A stretch of DNA of 64,000 bases, from the NCBI GenBank assembly GCA_043228905.1, contig JBHGNT010000022.1, forward strand, positions 7,874,001 through 7,938,000, in the 5' to 3' direction. The DNA is from Azolla caroliniana. Its lineage: Eukaryota > Plantae > Polypodiophyta. Numbering within the stretch: the stretch's first letter is position 1; each line of letters opens with the position of its first letter. The position numbers and the translations under genes were made by a program. The notes under the pieces were generated by a model. It saw only the letters and a program-made list of their open reading frames with translations, had not been told where the DNA came from and did no database searches. Positions 62,201-64,000 of this stretch are shown here, piece by piece.

Positions 62201-64000
62201 GCCAGATCATGTTGCCGTTAGGACGACTCTTGCAGCTAGTACCAAGATTCACAGAAGGACTCAAGCCCGGCATGACGACAGGCGGCACACCACCGGCTCT
62301 GGCATTCTTCTCAAATCCGGAGGAGGGACCGGTGGTGGTGGACACCAACAGTCCGGCAATTACGACCATTGTGAAAGGGAAAGAACTCCCTGGCACGATA
62401 ATAGACGGAGGCTCCGGCGTTAATGTAATAAGCCTCCAGACGTACGATGCTCTTGGAATCCAAGAGTGGGAGCCATGTCCGTTCTGGCTCCGAATGGCGG
62501 ACACAAGCTCGGTGCAACCGACAGGATTAATACGGGACTTAGAAGTAACCATCAGCCATAGTTCTCCAGTTGCAAGCTCAAGGAGCATCCCCATTATTGT
62601 TGGGACGCCCTTGGTTAAAGACGGCACACATCAAGCAGAACTGGAGGAGGAATATGATTACGTTTCGGCGGGGAAAAGCGAAGGTACAGGTACCAACACA
62701 ACCAAGGAAGGGTACCGGCAAGGATCTGACACCGTTATATGCGGAGTGCATCAGTATGATGGAAGGATTAGCAGACGAAGAAGAAGATCAGTACTTGCTG
62801 GAGAACCCGAAGATTGTACCCCTATTCGAAATTGACGTCGCTGAAGCGGTATCACCCTACTTACTACAACCGGACGGAACCGAAGCAGAACCAGATAAAG
62901 AAGCAATCCGGGAGTTACGGCAAGCGCAAGAGGCGTTGGAAAGGGAAATGGCCATATCACAGCGCGTAAAAGCGTCTCAATTAGAAGAGGTAAATCTAGG
63001 AACGGCGGAGGAGGCAAAACCGGTGCACATCGCCAAAGAAATGAATGCAGAGAACAAAACGGCGATAATTACACTCCTCAACGAGTTTCGTGACGTATTT
63101 GCCTGGTCTTATGAGGATATGAGAGGGCTGGATCCTCAGTTGTATCAGCACCAGATACATCTGAGCAAAGACACCAAGCCGGTAGCAAAGCGTCGGTACC
63201 GAATGAACCCAAACTACGCCGCCAAAGTCAAGGAGGAAATCGACAAATTGTTGAGGGTTGGCTTCATCCGTCCCGTAAAGAAATCTACATGGTTGAGCCC
63301 GATCGTAGTCGTACCGAAGAAGAACGGCAAAATTAGAGTTTGTGTCGATTACCGGAAGCTCAATGCGGCAACGGTAACGGATGCATTTCCACTTCCGTTT
63401 ATGGATGGAGTTTTGGATGCCGTCGCCGGCCATGAAGTCTACAGTTTCTTCGACGGATTCAGCGGGTATAATCAGATCCGGATGCACCTTGATGATCAAG
63501 AGAAAACGGCTTTCGTCATCGAATGGGGAGTGTTTGTTGCCGTGGTGATGATGTTCGGACTGAAAACGGCACCGGCAACATTCCAACGGATCATCATGGA
63601 GATCTTTGGCGAATACATACTAGCTTTTATGCAGGTGTTCCTTGACGACTTCGCCGTCTATAGCTGAGAAGAAGATCATTTGCATTACCTCAGACTATGT
63701 CTAGAGAAGTGTAGGGCGTACCAGCTAAGCCTGAATCCGACGAAGTGTGTATTTGGAGTGTCCAGCGGAACGCTACTAGGGCATATTGTGAGCAAGGAAG
63801 GCATTGCCATAGATCCAGACAAAGTAAAAGCAATCCTGGAGGCACCGGCACCAACAACGGCAAAGGCATTGAGCCGTTTCTTAGGACAAATCCGTTGGCA
63901 TAGCCGAATGCTCCGGTATTTGGCGGACCTAGCTACACCACTGCATGCTGCAGTACACCGAACACCGTTCTAGTGGACCGACACCAAAGATAAGGCGTAT
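59209..64000 (+). mobile_element. Ty3/gypsy element K (non-chromovirus type): 5' LTR to ~60149, tRNA-Arg-type PBS 60155-60165, gag, protease, RT; runs off the window
   Basis: PBS TGGCGACCAC; gag DPDAEAHVHAF / TLEGPATRW with three Cys/His knuckle-like motifs; protease IIDGGSGVN; RT WLSPIVVVPKKNG, CVDYRKLN, DGFSGYNQI, FLDDF. Left LTR boundary uncertain (59205-59235). Confidence 0.85.

Overview
Repeat-dense eukaryotic plant DNA, most likely from a fern or other non-seed vascular plant (inferred from a PLS-type PPR fragment and Tcn1-like, Ylt1-like and RTE-X retroelements). The great majority of the window is nested, mostly decayed retroelements. Three full-length Ty1/copia elements have matching target-site duplications (B 2600-8039, C 9547-23126, I 52002-57450). 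There are also several partial copia elements, a fungal-type Ty3/gypsy element with three LTRs (D 10314-18216), a Tcn1-like chromovirus end and solo LTR, a non-chromo gypsy running off the right edge, two L1/Tx1-type LINEs and one RTE-X-type LINE. The only intact host gene is a two-exon family-1 UDP-glycosyltransferase (40819-42355, minus strand). Most notable: (1) D carries an unprocessed LTR-LTR (2-LTR circle) junction and reciprocally chimeric LTRs, the pattern expected from a circle recombining into an older solo LTR; (2) LTRs of two different gypsy lineages carry an antisense tRNA-like Pol III A/B-box module, and the crossover in D maps onto its B box; (3) one copia family has a duplicated PPT, a read-through pol extension and a conserved hairpin that loops out the PPT. 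All alignments and counts were made by eye.
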